In this document: piece by piece, positions 28,965-38,079 of the stretch
Layout: the number at the start of each line of letters is the position of its first letter
Position numbering within the stretch: the first letter of the stretch is position 1
From: Phycisphaerae bacterium
Lineage (GTDB): Bacteria; Planctomycetota; Phycisphaerae; UBA1845
DNA length: 64,000 bases
Assembly (NCBI GenBank): GCA_029260035.1
Contig: JAJDEA010000252.1
Location: forward strand, 1,125 to 65,124
Reading direction: 5' to 3'
Notes under the pieces: generated by a model
What the model saw: the letters and a program-made list of their open reading frames with translations, nothing else
Database searches by the model: none
What the model was told of the DNA's origin: nothing
Program-made: the position numbers and the translations under genes

Positions 28965-31109
28965 GTGAACCTAATCATGACTGACCCAACCGAAATCGTC
29001 GTGGCGAGGGACCACATTCTGGACGCGCCGATGCCGATTGGAACCGCCGCAGCCTCGTCTCGATCCCTATCGGACGCAATTAAGTTTCGATGGAAGTCCG
29101 CATTCATTATTGCGGTAGTCCTTTCGGCGGCATCTGTCGGAACTATTTGGCATTTCGTAGAGCCGAAATACGTTGTCGTCAGCCAACTTGAGATCGATCC
29201 GGTCGTTCAGCCAATTCTACGACGTGACGCGTCAGCAGACATCTCTAGGCATTACAACATTTATGTAGCTACGCAACGCGGCACGATACTAAGCCCCGAC
29301 CTGATCGCCGAAGCGTTGGAATCGCCGAAAGTCAGAGAAGTCCCCCCCCTTCAAGGTAAAGGCGACCAGGTCTCGCTTGTCTTGTCTAAACTTACAGTAA
29401 GAAGGATACCTGGAACGGAGCTGCTCCGACTAGGCATGATCGGCCAGCAACCCGAGACACTGGCCGCAATCGTAAACAGCATTGCACAAGCCTATCTCCG
29501 TAGGCATGAAGACGAGAAACGAGAACTCGACGAACTCGTTCTTCAATCACTGCGTGACGAACGTGCTTCTTTGGACGCTCAACGCAAAGCAAAAGCTACC
29601 GAGATTCAGACCTTGCAGGCGGAGGGGTCGAATGGAGCGGAACCAAATTTCGACGCTGCTATCACCATATACCACGAAAACCTGATTGCCGTTCAACGAA
29701 AGCATTCAGTAGCCGAGATGAAACTAAATGTCATCAAGAGTGGCGCCGAAAAAGACGGAGCGACAGAACTCACTCTGGGCAACATTGAAGCCTACAAAGC
29801 CCAGGACCCACAACTAAACGCAATGAAAACGCAGCTTCGATCGGTGAAGATGGAGCCATTCCAAGACGAAGCGGTAGGTCGTGGCAAGAGCCATCCAGAC
29901 GTCAAGTCAAGGCCGCAACGTATCTCTGCCCTGGAAGATGGCATCGCGCAACGAGAAAAGGAGATTCGCGAGGAATATTTGCGAGACGAGATCAGCCGAC
30001 TTCAATCAGACATCCTTGAAGCCGAGATTGAGGAAGAAATGATCCAGCTTGCGCTGGCCAAAGTGTATTCAAGAAATATGGGTAGCTCACGTCAAGATCA
30101 TGTCATAGCAGATATCGGGCACGAGCGAGAATTCGTGGAAAGAGCGCTGGAGCAAGTCCGCAATAAGATATGGTCTGTCCGCGTCGAGCAGAAACGGATG
30201 AGCCGGGTTAAATTGAAATCACCCGCACGCGCACCGAGTAACCCGAATCTTGACAAACGACCGAAATTTTCCGTCGTTGCGTGCATTGCCTGCTTCTTCC
30301 TGAGCGGCGCGTTCACATTCATTCGCCACCGAGTTGATTCGCGAATCAGAACACCCGTTGAAGTCTCGCAAGGACTGGGCGTTCGCATCCTGGGCAGCGT
30401 TCATCATGTTCAGGAAGCCAACGGCAGCCCTCTTTCACTCGAACACGGATTGCGTGAACCCGTACGCGGGATTTCGACGGTGCTCCTCTCCTTATCCGAG
30501 GAAAGGAAAAGCCGAAGTCGTCTTATCACCAGCCCAACGCCAGGCAGTGGCAAATCCTCTCTCGCGGTAAACCTTGCGCGCAGCATTGGAGCGACCGGTA
30601 GAAAGGTTCTACTTGTCGATGGCGACAATCACAGGCAGGGCGTATCTCGAGTTCTGCAAATGTCGGATGGTCCGGGATTGCGTGAGTTCTTACTGGGCGA
30701 GTGCCCAGCGGATTTGGTAATTCACGCTCTCCCTTCGGAACCTTTTCGGCTTCTTGCAGCCGGATCCGCCGACGACTGTTTCAGCGATATTGTAGCTAAC
30801 CAAAATGCGCAGAAGCGTCTAAGGGACCTGTTTCTTGAGTACGATGAAATCATTGTTGATTCACCGCCGGTTCTTGCGAATAGTCACGCCGTGATTCTGG
30901 CAACACTTGTGGATGAAGTTGTATTGGTTCTCCGAGCTGGCCGGTCAAGCCGCGAAGAGGCAGAAGCATCAAAGCAGTGCCTGGCGTCAGTTGGTTGCCA
31001 TGCTGTGGGAGCGATTCTAAATGGCGTTGATCCCAAGCAAGTTAAGTACGGCTATGGATACGGTTATAGCTACGGTTATGCCGGTAGTGACCAAAACAGC
31101 CAAGGATAG
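28965..31109 (+). CDS. Wzc-like polysaccharide co-polymerase / tyrosine autokinase
   Basis: Two TM helices around a coiled-coil; Walker A ITSPTPGSGKS, A' VDGD, B IIVDSPP; C-terminal Tyr cluster KYGYGYGYSYGY. Confidence 0.93.
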   Translation: MNLIMTDPTEIVVARDHILDAPMPIGTAAASSRSLSDAIKFRWKSAFIIAVVLSAASVGTIWHFVEPKYVVVSQLEIDPVVQPILRRDASADISRHYNIYVATQRGTILSPDLIAEALESPKVREVPPLQGKGDQVSLVLSKLTVRRIPGTELLRLGMIGQQPETLAAIVNSIAQAYLRRHEDEKRELDELVLQSLRDERASLDAQRKAKATEIQTLQAEGSNGAEPNFDAAITIYHENLIAVQRKHSVAEMKLNVIKSGAEKDGATELTLGNIEAYKAQDPQLNAMKTQLRSVKMEPFQDEAVGRGKSHPDVKSRPQRISALEDGIAQREKEIREEYLRDEISRLQSDILEAEIEEEMIQLALAKVYSRNMGSSRQDHVIADIGHEREFVERALEQVRNKIWSVRVEQKRMSRVKLKSPARAPSNPNLDKRPKFSVVACIACFFLSGAFTFIRHRVDSRIRTPVEVSQGLGVRILGSVHHVQEANGSPLSLEHGLREPVRGISTVLLSLSEERKSRSRLITSPTPGSGKSSLAVNLARSIGATGRKVLLVDGDNHRQGVSRVLQMSDGPGLREFLLGECPADLVIHALPSEPFRLLAAGSADDCFSDIVANQNAQKRLRDLFLEYDEIIVDSPPVLANSHAVILATLVDEVVLVLRAGRSSREEAEASKQCLASVGCHAVGAILNGVDPKQVKYGYGYGYSYGYAGSDQNSQG

Positions 31110-31150
31110 ATCGCCCTGGATATGAGGTTGTCGATTCGGTCGCAGCCTGC

Positions 31151-31155
31151 AGGAG
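31151..31155 (+). promoter_or_regulatory. Shine-Dalgarno AGGAG ahead of an in-frame ATA for the sugar transferase
   Basis: AGGAG-aagtgcc-ATA; the ATA at 31163 is in frame with ORF 31229..32695 with no intervening stop. Confidence 0.45.
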
Positions 31156-31162
31156 AAGTGCC

Positions 31163-32695
31163 ATAATCACGACTCGCCGACAAGACGTTATCCTCGTCCA
31201 TTTTGAGGATTCCTTTGCGCAGAAGTCATTGCTCGGAACGGACGTGGGTCCAGGGAATCACAGTAGAGAACCGGCAGCGTCGAGTGCTCTTGACTGGTAT
31301 TGCGAGTGGGCATCGGATTGCATGGGGCCAGTGTTTCCTTTACTTCCCGCGCATCTTCAGCACTCCGTCGAACAAACCGGTGGCAGGCTTGCGAATGCGC
31401 GCTGCGCTTGGTATTCAAGCGACGGTGAAATCAAACTTCCTGTCTCTCTTGAGAAAACGCGCCTTTGGGTCATTAATGGACAATTGCTTCCCATTGTGAG
31501 CTGGGATGCTGCACATCAGGCTGCCGACGAGCACCAATGCGACGCGCTGTTCTTCGGTCCGCCCGGCTCCGCGTCAGCCTCTCAGTATCCGGAATCCTTC
31601 GTCGTAGATGCGGCTGGCAAAATCCTGCGTGTTGAACGCCATTATGTTGACTCACCCGTTTTTACGAACGTATATTTCGGCCCGGCATGCTTCTTGCTCG
31701 CGCAGGGCAGTCGCGCCACTTCGATCGTACACCACGTCATCCGCAAGGGTTGGTGCCTGGATAGCATTCGCACACTATCACAAAACGCGAAAATTGAATG
31801 GTGTGTGACGCCGGGGGTCTTGTCCAGTTTGGAGGGCGCTGTCTTTGCCGGTCGAATCGAAGGGCGAAAGTCGCCGTCTCAAAATGACGCGAATCAAGGT
31901 TCCGACAAGGGATCAAACGTAAGGCCGCTGGAATCAAACACAGAACAAAAGCCGCCGGGCAATTTTGTTCGAGACTTCACCAAGAGGTCGATGGACATTG
32001 TATTGTCATCGATATTTCTATTTTTCCTTAGCCCGCTGTTTGTTGCAACTGCCGTATTAATACGCTTCACTTCTCGTGGCCCTGTTTTTTTCGCAGACCG
32101 AAGACAAGGCTTGGGCGGCAAGGAATTCAGTTGTTTCAAGTTTCGGACCATGATTCCAGAGGCCGCCAGCCTCCAATCCAAGCTTCGACAAGAGAATGAG
32201 GTGGACGGGCCGCAATTCAAACTTTCAAACGATCCCAGGCTTACGAAGGTCGGAGATTTTCTTCGGAAATACAACGTTGACGAGCTACCACAACTATTTA
32301 ACGTTCTTGTAGGAGAAATGAGCCTGGTTGGACCGCGCCCATCTCCTGATCGTGAGAATCAACTGTGTCCCGGTTGGCGACGAACTCGTCTTTCGGTTCG
32401 ACCCGGAATAACGGGCTTATGGCAAGTTCTTCGGTTGCGCAATTCAAACACTTCGGATTTCCAAGAGTGGATTTATTATGATGTTGAATACGCCAAGCAC
32501 CAATCATTATGGCTTGACTGCCTCATCATTCTATACACACCGTGCACCGTCTTCGCACCGCGCCTTGTGGGTAGGCTGGCCAAGAAGATTGCCAAGCGAG
32601 GCATATGTACAGGCTCCGAGCGTGTCCATTCAGGTGACACGAAAGACCCACCTTCCATGCACAGGGCCACCGAAATCTCCAGTTGCGATATCTAA
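31163..32695 (+). CDS. Priming polyprenyl-phosphate glycosylphosphotransferase (WcaJ/WbaP catalytic domain) with an N-terminal degenerate NTase-like domain
   Basis: KRSMDI, GPVFF...RQG, FKFRTM, DPRLTKVG.FLRKYNVDELPQLFNVLVGEMSLVGPRP, RPGITGLWQV. The first canonical start is TTG 31229; I favour ATA 31163. Confidence 0.9.
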   Translation: MITTRRQDVILVHFEDSFAQKSLLGTDVGPGNHSREPAASSALDWYCEWASDCMGPVFPLLPAHLQHSVEQTGGRLANARCAWYSSDGEIKLPVSLEKTRLWVINGQLLPIVSWDAAHQAADEHQCDALFFGPPGSASASQYPESFVVDAAGKILRVERHYVDSPVFTNVYFGPACFLLAQGSRATSIVHHVIRKGWCLDSIRTLSQNAKIEWCVTPGVLSSLEGAVFAGRIEGRKSPSQNDANQGSDKGSNVRPLESNTEQKPPGNFVRDFTKRSMDIVLSSIFLFFLSPLFVATAVLIRFTSRGPVFFADRRQGLGGKEFSCFKFRTMIPEAASLQSKLRQENEVDGPQFKLSNDPRLTKVGDFLRKYNVDELPQLFNVLVGEMSLVGPRPSPDRENQLCPGWRRTRLSVRPGITGLWQVLRLRNSNTSDFQEWIYYDVEYAKHQSLWLDCLIILYTPCTVFAPRLVGRLAKKIAKRGICTGSERVHSGDTKDPPSMHRATEISSCDI

Positions 32696-32741
32696 CGGAA
32701 CCTTGTAGCCTTGCAAACTTGGCGTGGGAGAATGCTTCGAT

Positions 32742-35700
32742 ATGTCGAAGTCTCGGCACTCAAAACTAAGAAACCGGCGACGTATTTTCTTTTTGGTTGG
32801 ATTTCCGATCTGCGCGGCGGTTCTTGCCGTCGGCGCGTATGCGGCGTACAACTACCAGCGCGAGAGGAACACCGAGAAGCTACTTAAGCAGGCGCAAGGT
32901 GCATCTGAAGCCGAAGACTGGGCTCGCGCATCGAAAGCCTATCGCCAGTATCTTAACCGCAGACCTAAAGACATGTCTGCACTTCGGGCGCGCGCTGGCG
33001 TCCTGTTGGAGCAACTCAAAGAATCTCCGGAAGTTGTGGGCACTGCGATTGCCACTTTGCGCAGGCTGGTCAAAGAGGATCCAGGAAACACCGATGCAAT
33101 TGGTCAACTCGCCGAGCTTTACGTCCAACTTCGTGAGTTCGATGACGCAAAAGACTTATCTACACAATGGCTTGCCAGCGTCCCCCAATCGGAAAAAGCG
33201 ACTCGCACATTGGCTGCTGCAAATCGCGGGCTTGGAGAATTTGAGGTAGCGACGGCAGGGCTTGTCAGCGCAATCGAGACTGACCCCACCAGTGTAACTC
33301 TCTATCCTCCGTTAATCGCTCTCTATACCCTGGACCTGAAACTGTTGGACCAAGCGAAGAATGTGCTCGAGCAGGCACTGGAATTTGGATCACATTCAAC
33401 TGAAATCCAGTTGGCTGCGTTTGGATTCCATGAGGCTATACAGGAATTTGATACGGCGGAGAATTTCCTAAAAGCGGCAGTCCGGATGGAGCCGGACGAC
33501 CGACGCGTACTTTTGACCGCCGCAGCTTACTATGTTTCTCAAAGACGCTTTGAGAGCGCTCGGCCTTTCCTGGATCGCGCCGCTGAGCTGTTTCAACATG
33601 ATCCAAAACTCCTGACTCTCCTCGCGGACTCGGCCGTTGGATCACACGACGATAAAGAGTGTATCGATGTCGCGACGATACTGCGCGAAAACGCCAGCGA
33701 TCGGTATCCTCACTGGGCTGCGCGTGCCGCAGAACTGTTCATTACGGCTGGCCATTTCGATGAAGCAGACGAGTGTATCGAGTTTCTCGCAGGCATCTCG
33801 CTTGTAGACGAGAAACTTGAGTCCTGGCTTCTAGCGCTTCGAGGCTCAAGAGCACTCATGTCCGGGCAGGCTCTTGTAGCAATCCCATACTTTGAAGCCG
33901 TGCTCCGCCGTGAGCCAACGAGTGTTCCTACCCTTGAGCACTTGGCCGCAGCGTATGTGCAGTCAGATGCTCTTGAGCCAGCCATTGATGCGTATCGAAA
34001 GTTGATTGCCCTCGCGCCGGAATCGAAAAACCCTCGCTTAGCCTTAGCCCGTCTCGAAGCAGCAAAGGGTAATTGTGACAGTGCCCTTGCGACACTAAAC
34101 CCCTTGCCACGCATCGAGTTGGAGTCGAGTCGAGAGGCGGCGCTGATTTCGATCATTTGCGATTTTCGCGAACATGTTTTTTCGCGTGAAGAAGAGAGTT
34201 CCCAAAAACTCCTCAAGAGAATCCGCTCATTTGGCCAAGAGAAACTCGCTAGCATTCTTGAAGCCAAACTATTCGTTCAATGCCTGGAACTTGTCAATTT
34301 TTCGCCGGAACTGGAAGACACCATTTCCACCCGCTCGACCGACGAAGGGGCAGGACTCATAGTCGGTGCCGCGTATGGGAAACATTTGGTTCAGGCTGGC
34401 CGGTTTGATGATGCGCTCGACGTCGCCACTGAATTGGCACGCCGATTTCCAGACGCTGCTGGAGGCCATGAATTGGCGTTGCGAGTATTCGCGGCGAAGA
34501 ATCATGTCGCTGAGGCTTTTACCTATATCAATCAACTTGCCACCGAGGATCATACCAAAGGAATTTTGTTGCAGCTTCTTGGTACCTTGCTGCACTCGGC
34601 TGATCCCGAAAATGCGCTTTCGGCTTATCGCCAATGTATTGCGCTACATCCGGACTCCGTTGTCGCACGAATAGGAATTGCCGACCTGGTAACAACTCTC
34701 GATGAAGCTCTGACGCAAATCGACGCCGTTCGTCAACTTGAAGGCCAAGCGGGCGTCACATGGAAATATCACAAAAGTGCTTGTTTGCTTCGTCTTGGAA
34801 AAGGTAGCAACGACACGGTCAACGAAGCAATCGCGCTGCTGAAAAACTGTCTCGTCGATCGACCGAATTGGCTAGCCGCTCGCATCCTCTTGGCAAATGC
34901 CTACCAATCCGGGAACCAAGTACTGGAGGCTGTTGAGTCTTACCAAACGGCGTTATCGCAACACCCGGAACTTGCTACCAGTCCGGTCGGTCTTCGTTTG
35001 ATACTATTGCTCAAGCAGCTGGGAAGGCTTGTTGAAGCCGACGTCATCTTGACACAAATGGCAAATAAGGCCCCGGAATCAATCCAGGTACTGCGTCTGC
35101 AGACGGATCGCCATTACCGAAGGCGCAACCTCTCGGCAGCCGCACGGACTGCAGAGAAAGTGCTGAATTCGCAATCCGACGATGCTGAATGGGCAGCCCT
35201 TACTGCAGAAATCCACTTGAAAAACTCGAACCCATCCCGTGCAGAAGAAATCGCTCGGGCGTCGCTGGCTAAATATGCAGATTCAACCGTTCTACTCTGG
35301 GCACTCGCGTCCTCACTCAGCAATCAGGGGAAAAATGCGGAGGCTGACGAGGCCATGCAAAAAGGCGCACAGGATTTTCCGGACGTCGATCATTATTGGT
35401 TGCTCGCGCAGTATTTTGAACAATCCAACCGACATAACAAAGCCGACAACGCTATCACTCAAGCCATAGACTTGGAGCCTGACAATGTTGCCCTCTTGAT
35501 TGGCTGTGCAGAAATTGCACGGCGGCGAGGCCAAAGAAGCAGGCAAATCGATTTAGTGACTCGCGCTGTCATCGCCAAGGGAGATGCCCCGACCGGATCG
35601 CTCATACTTGCGAGAGTCCTTGCCGACGGCGGTTCCGAATCGCAGCGTGCGCAAGCCTCGGAAATCGTATCGCAAAGACTTCGAGATAATGAAAATGACG

Positions 35701-36941
35701 TACCCGCACTCGTCTTGCACGCCCAGCTTCTTGGCTCAGCACTTCCCCCTGATTTTCAGGGCGCCGAGACCGCCTTGCACAAAGCATTATCCCTCAACAC
35801 TCGATCCGTCAAAGCCCATCAACTTCTTGCGGCTGTTCAAGTCCGCCTGGGACAGTTGTCGCGAGCAGCCGAAAGCGCGACCGAAGGACTTTCTGCAGCG
35901 CCAAATAATCTCGAACTCCTGCTACTTACCGCTGAAATAGCAGGCTATCGCGGCGAATACGAACGCTCGATAACGCCGTTGCGCCAAATCCTCAACCTTC
36001 GGCCTCGACATCAGGCGGCGGTACGGATGCTCTCCTTAGCCTATCAGGAACTCGGGCAAATTGATCGAGCCATTCGCCTCGTCGAACAGCAATCGCCCGA
36101 GGATCAGCGCAGCAAGACGGAAATCAGAGCGCTCGCTCGTTTGCACGAAAAAAAGAGAGAATTCGATATCGCGCGTGTTTTCTATGAGCAATATGCTCAA
36201 GTCTCAAATAACTCTCCCGCCGCATTTCAGGCACTACTTCATTACGTCGCAAGACGCAAAAAGTTTCCCGAAGTACATCGCTTAGCCATCGAGCACAAAA
36301 ATGAAGACGCTGGAGATGTCGCCTCTCTCGCCACGGCTGCGCAGATTCTTGGCACGCAGCCGGATGACCCTGCACTTGCGAAAATCGGCCTCGCCTGGCT
36401 GGATGAAATCGCGCGTAATCAGCCGGACCATGCAACCGACGCCATTTACCGGGCCGCCCTTTGTCACTACCAGCGAGGCAGAATTTCTGAAGCAGAATCG
36501 AGATTCCTTCAGGCGCTTAAGCTGGCACCTGAAGCTTTAGCCCCGGTTAATGCTCTGGCGTGGCTATATTCGGAAGATCTTGATCGCCCAGAGGATGGAC
36601 TTGCGCTGATCGAACGTTTTCTTGCAGCGGGAGGCCGAGGTAATGCCGAAATGCTCGATACACACGGGACGATTCTTCTGAGGCTTGGCCGTATCGATGA
36701 AGCGGCTGAAAAGTTCAAGGTGTGCATCGAAATCGCAGGACAAACACAAACACTTACCGCAGCCACTTTTCATCTTGGCCTGGCCACGCGGAAAGCCAAT
36801 CGTATCGCCGACTCACAAGCTCTGTTGAGCCGATCATTGAACCTGAATGCTCGACTCGGAGGTTTGAAAGATGAGGACTTAGAAATAATCGCAGGATTGC
36901 TTTCGAGCGATTCCGGGATAGTTGATAGGAAAGACAGATGA
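32742..36941 (+). CDS. Very large membrane-anchored TPR protein (PrsT-like)
   Basis: N-terminal basic stretch plus TM helix, then about 1350 aa of TPR-like helical repeats; C-terminal NALAWLY...EMLDTHG. ORF open from GTG 32724. Confidence 0.85.
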   Translation: MSKSRHSKLRNRRRIFFLVGFPICAAVLAVGAYAAYNYQRERNTEKLLKQAQGASEAEDWARASKAYRQYLNRRPKDMSALRARAGVLLEQLKESPEVVGTAIATLRRLVKEDPGNTDAIGQLAELYVQLREFDDAKDLSTQWLASVPQSEKATRTLAAANRGLGEFEVATAGLVSAIETDPTSVTLYPPLIALYTLDLKLLDQAKNVLEQALEFGSHSTEIQLAAFGFHEAIQEFDTAENFLKAAVRMEPDDRRVLLTAAAYYVSQRRFESARPFLDRAAELFQHDPKLLTLLADSAVGSHDDKECIDVATILRENASDRYPHWAARAAELFITAGHFDEADECIEFLAGISLVDEKLESWLLALRGSRALMSGQALVAIPYFEAVLRREPTSVPTLEHLAAAYVQSDALEPAIDAYRKLIALAPESKNPRLALARLEAAKGNCDSALATLNPLPRIELESSREAALISIICDFREHVFSREEESSQKLLKRIRSFGQEKLASILEAKLFVQCLELVNFSPELEDTISTRSTDEGAGLIVGAAYGKHLVQAGRFDDALDVATELARRFPDAAGGHELALRVFAAKNHVAEAFTYINQLATEDHTKGILLQLLGTLLHSADPENALSAYRQCIALHPDSVVARIGIADLVTTLDEALTQIDAVRQLEGQAGVTWKYHKSACLLRLGKGSNDTVNEAIALLKNCLVDRPNWLAARILLANAYQSGNQVLEAVESYQTALSQHPELATSPVGLRLILLLKQLGRLVEADVILTQMANKAPESIQVLRLQTDRHYRRRNLSAAARTAEKVLNSQSDDAEWAALTAEIHLKNSNPSRAEEIARASLAKYADSTVLLWALASSLSNQGKNAEADEAMQKGAQDFPDVDHYWLLAQYFEQSNRHNKADNAITQAIDLEPDNVALLIGCAEIARRRGQRSRQIDLVTRAVIAKGDAPTGSLILARVLADGGSESQRAQASEIVSQRLRDNENDVPALVLHAQLLGSALPPDFQGAETALHKALSLNTRSVKAHQLLAAVQVRLGQLSRAAESATEGLSAAPNNLELLLLTAEIAGYRGEYERSITPLRQILNLRPRHQAAVRMLSLAYQELGQIDRAIRLVEQQSPEDQRSKTEIRALARLHEKKREFDIARVFYEQYAQVSNNSPAAFQALLHYVARRKKFPEVHRLAIEHKNEDAGDVASLATAAQILGTQPDDPALAKIGLAWLDEIARNQPDHATDAIYRAALCHYQRGRISEAESRFLQALKLAPEALAPVNALAWLYSEDLDRPEDGLALIERFLAAGGRGNAEMLDTHGTILLRLGRIDEAAEKFKVCIEIAGQTQTLTAATFHLGLATRKANRIADSQALLSRSLNLNARLGGLKDEDLEIIAGLLSSDSGIVDRKDR

Positions 36942-37074
36942 TTACAAGGCGCAACCGAGCGTTGAATCTGAAATGCACAGCTGCGTCCCGGCGCCAAGAC
37001 GCAAGTGCTTGCACGAATATCGTGCGCTAAGGTACAGTTAGTTCACCAGGAAAGACTTATGGCGGAGGACGTTT

Positions 37075-38064
37075 TTGGATACGACGGTTAACAAGACATC
37101 ACAGCATTCGGCTTCGTTGCGAGATTACATCGCATTGCTGCGCCCGCACCAGTGGGTTAAGAACATTGTAGTCTTCGCGGGCCCTGCTGCGGGCCTGACC
37201 TTGTCATCGCCCGAATCCGTTTTCCAAGCCTGCATCGCCTTTGCATCGTTTTGCTTCGCGGCCAGCGCGATCTATGCAATCAACGACGCGATTGACCACA
37301 AAGCCGACGCGTTGCATCCGACCAAACGCAATCGGCCCATTGCCAGCGGAGTTCTCAGCCCTTCGACAGCTGTCGTCATCGCAATCTTCCTTGTCGCTAT
37401 GGCCTTGATTTTGCCCACAGCATTCACAAACAAAAAAGTCACCATAATCCTTGCGATTTACTTCGTAACCATGCTGGCTTATTCCCTTGCACTTAAAGAA
37501 CGCATCATTTTAGACGTCATTCTTTTGGCATCCGGGTTCGTCATGCGAGCATTAGCAGGAGCCGCCGCCGTAAACGTCGTTGCATCTGAATGGCTCATCG
37601 CGTGCGTCTTTACGCTCTGTATGTTTTTCGGATTCGGCAAGAGGCGGTGTGAAATAGTCATGATAGGCGACGCCGAATCAGCCGGTCACCATCGCAAGAC
37701 TCTCCTCCGATACACCCCTGAGCTTCTCAACCACCTGATCACAGTTTCTGCAGCTGTCGCCATCATGACATTTCTTCTTTACACGATGGATTCGACGCAA
37801 AGCGATTCCCCATTCCGAAAGGAATATCTATTCTACACGTTGCCTATCGTAGTGTACGGAATTTTTCGTTATGCAATGCTAAGTGAGATGGGGATTTATA
37901 GTGGGCCGACCGAAATCATCCTGAAAGATAAGATGATGGTGGCTTCCATCATTATTTGGGGGGTTGTCGCGCTTGCAATCGCATATCACGATCCACTCGC
38001 GCAGTCGATGGGATTCGAGGATTGGACTTGGGGACCTGCTGCGTCGCCGGCGGAGGTTCAGTGA
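37075..38064 (+). CDS. UbiA-family polyprenyl-phosphate phosphoribosyltransferase (DPPR-synthase-like)
   Basis: LRPHQWVKN, YAINDAID...DALHPTKRNRPIASG, YSLALK, GFVMRA, GFGKRRCE, YGIFRY, GPTEIILKD. GGAGG Shine-Dalgarno before TTG. Confidence 0.88.
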   Translation: MDTTVNKTSQHSASLRDYIALLRPHQWVKNIVVFAGPAAGLTLSSPESVFQACIAFASFCFAASAIYAINDAIDHKADALHPTKRNRPIASGVLSPSTAVVIAIFLVAMALILPTAFTNKKVTIILAIYFVTMLAYSLALKERIILDVILLASGFVMRALAGAAAVNVVASEWLIACVFTLCMFFGFGKRRCEIVMIGDAESAGHHRKTLLRYTPELLNHLITVSAAVAIMTFLLYTMDSTQSDSPFRKEYLFYTLPIVVYGIFRYAMLSEMGIYSGPTEIILKDKMMVASIIIWGVVALAIAYHDPLAQSMGFEDWTWGPAASPAEVQ

Positions 38065-38079
38065 GCGTGCAATAGCAAC

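Noticed and set aside
31044..31080. TACGGC/TATGGA/TACGGT short repeats
   Set aside because: These simply encode the Wzc tyrosine cluster.
32719..32737. Sigma-54-like TTGGCG...TGC upstream of the TPR gene
   Set aside because: GG-to-GC spacing is 11 nt rather than the required 10.
37011..37025. GCACGA-ata-TCGTGC palindrome before the UbiA gene
   Set aside because: A single 6-bp stem with no U-tract, compatible with chance.
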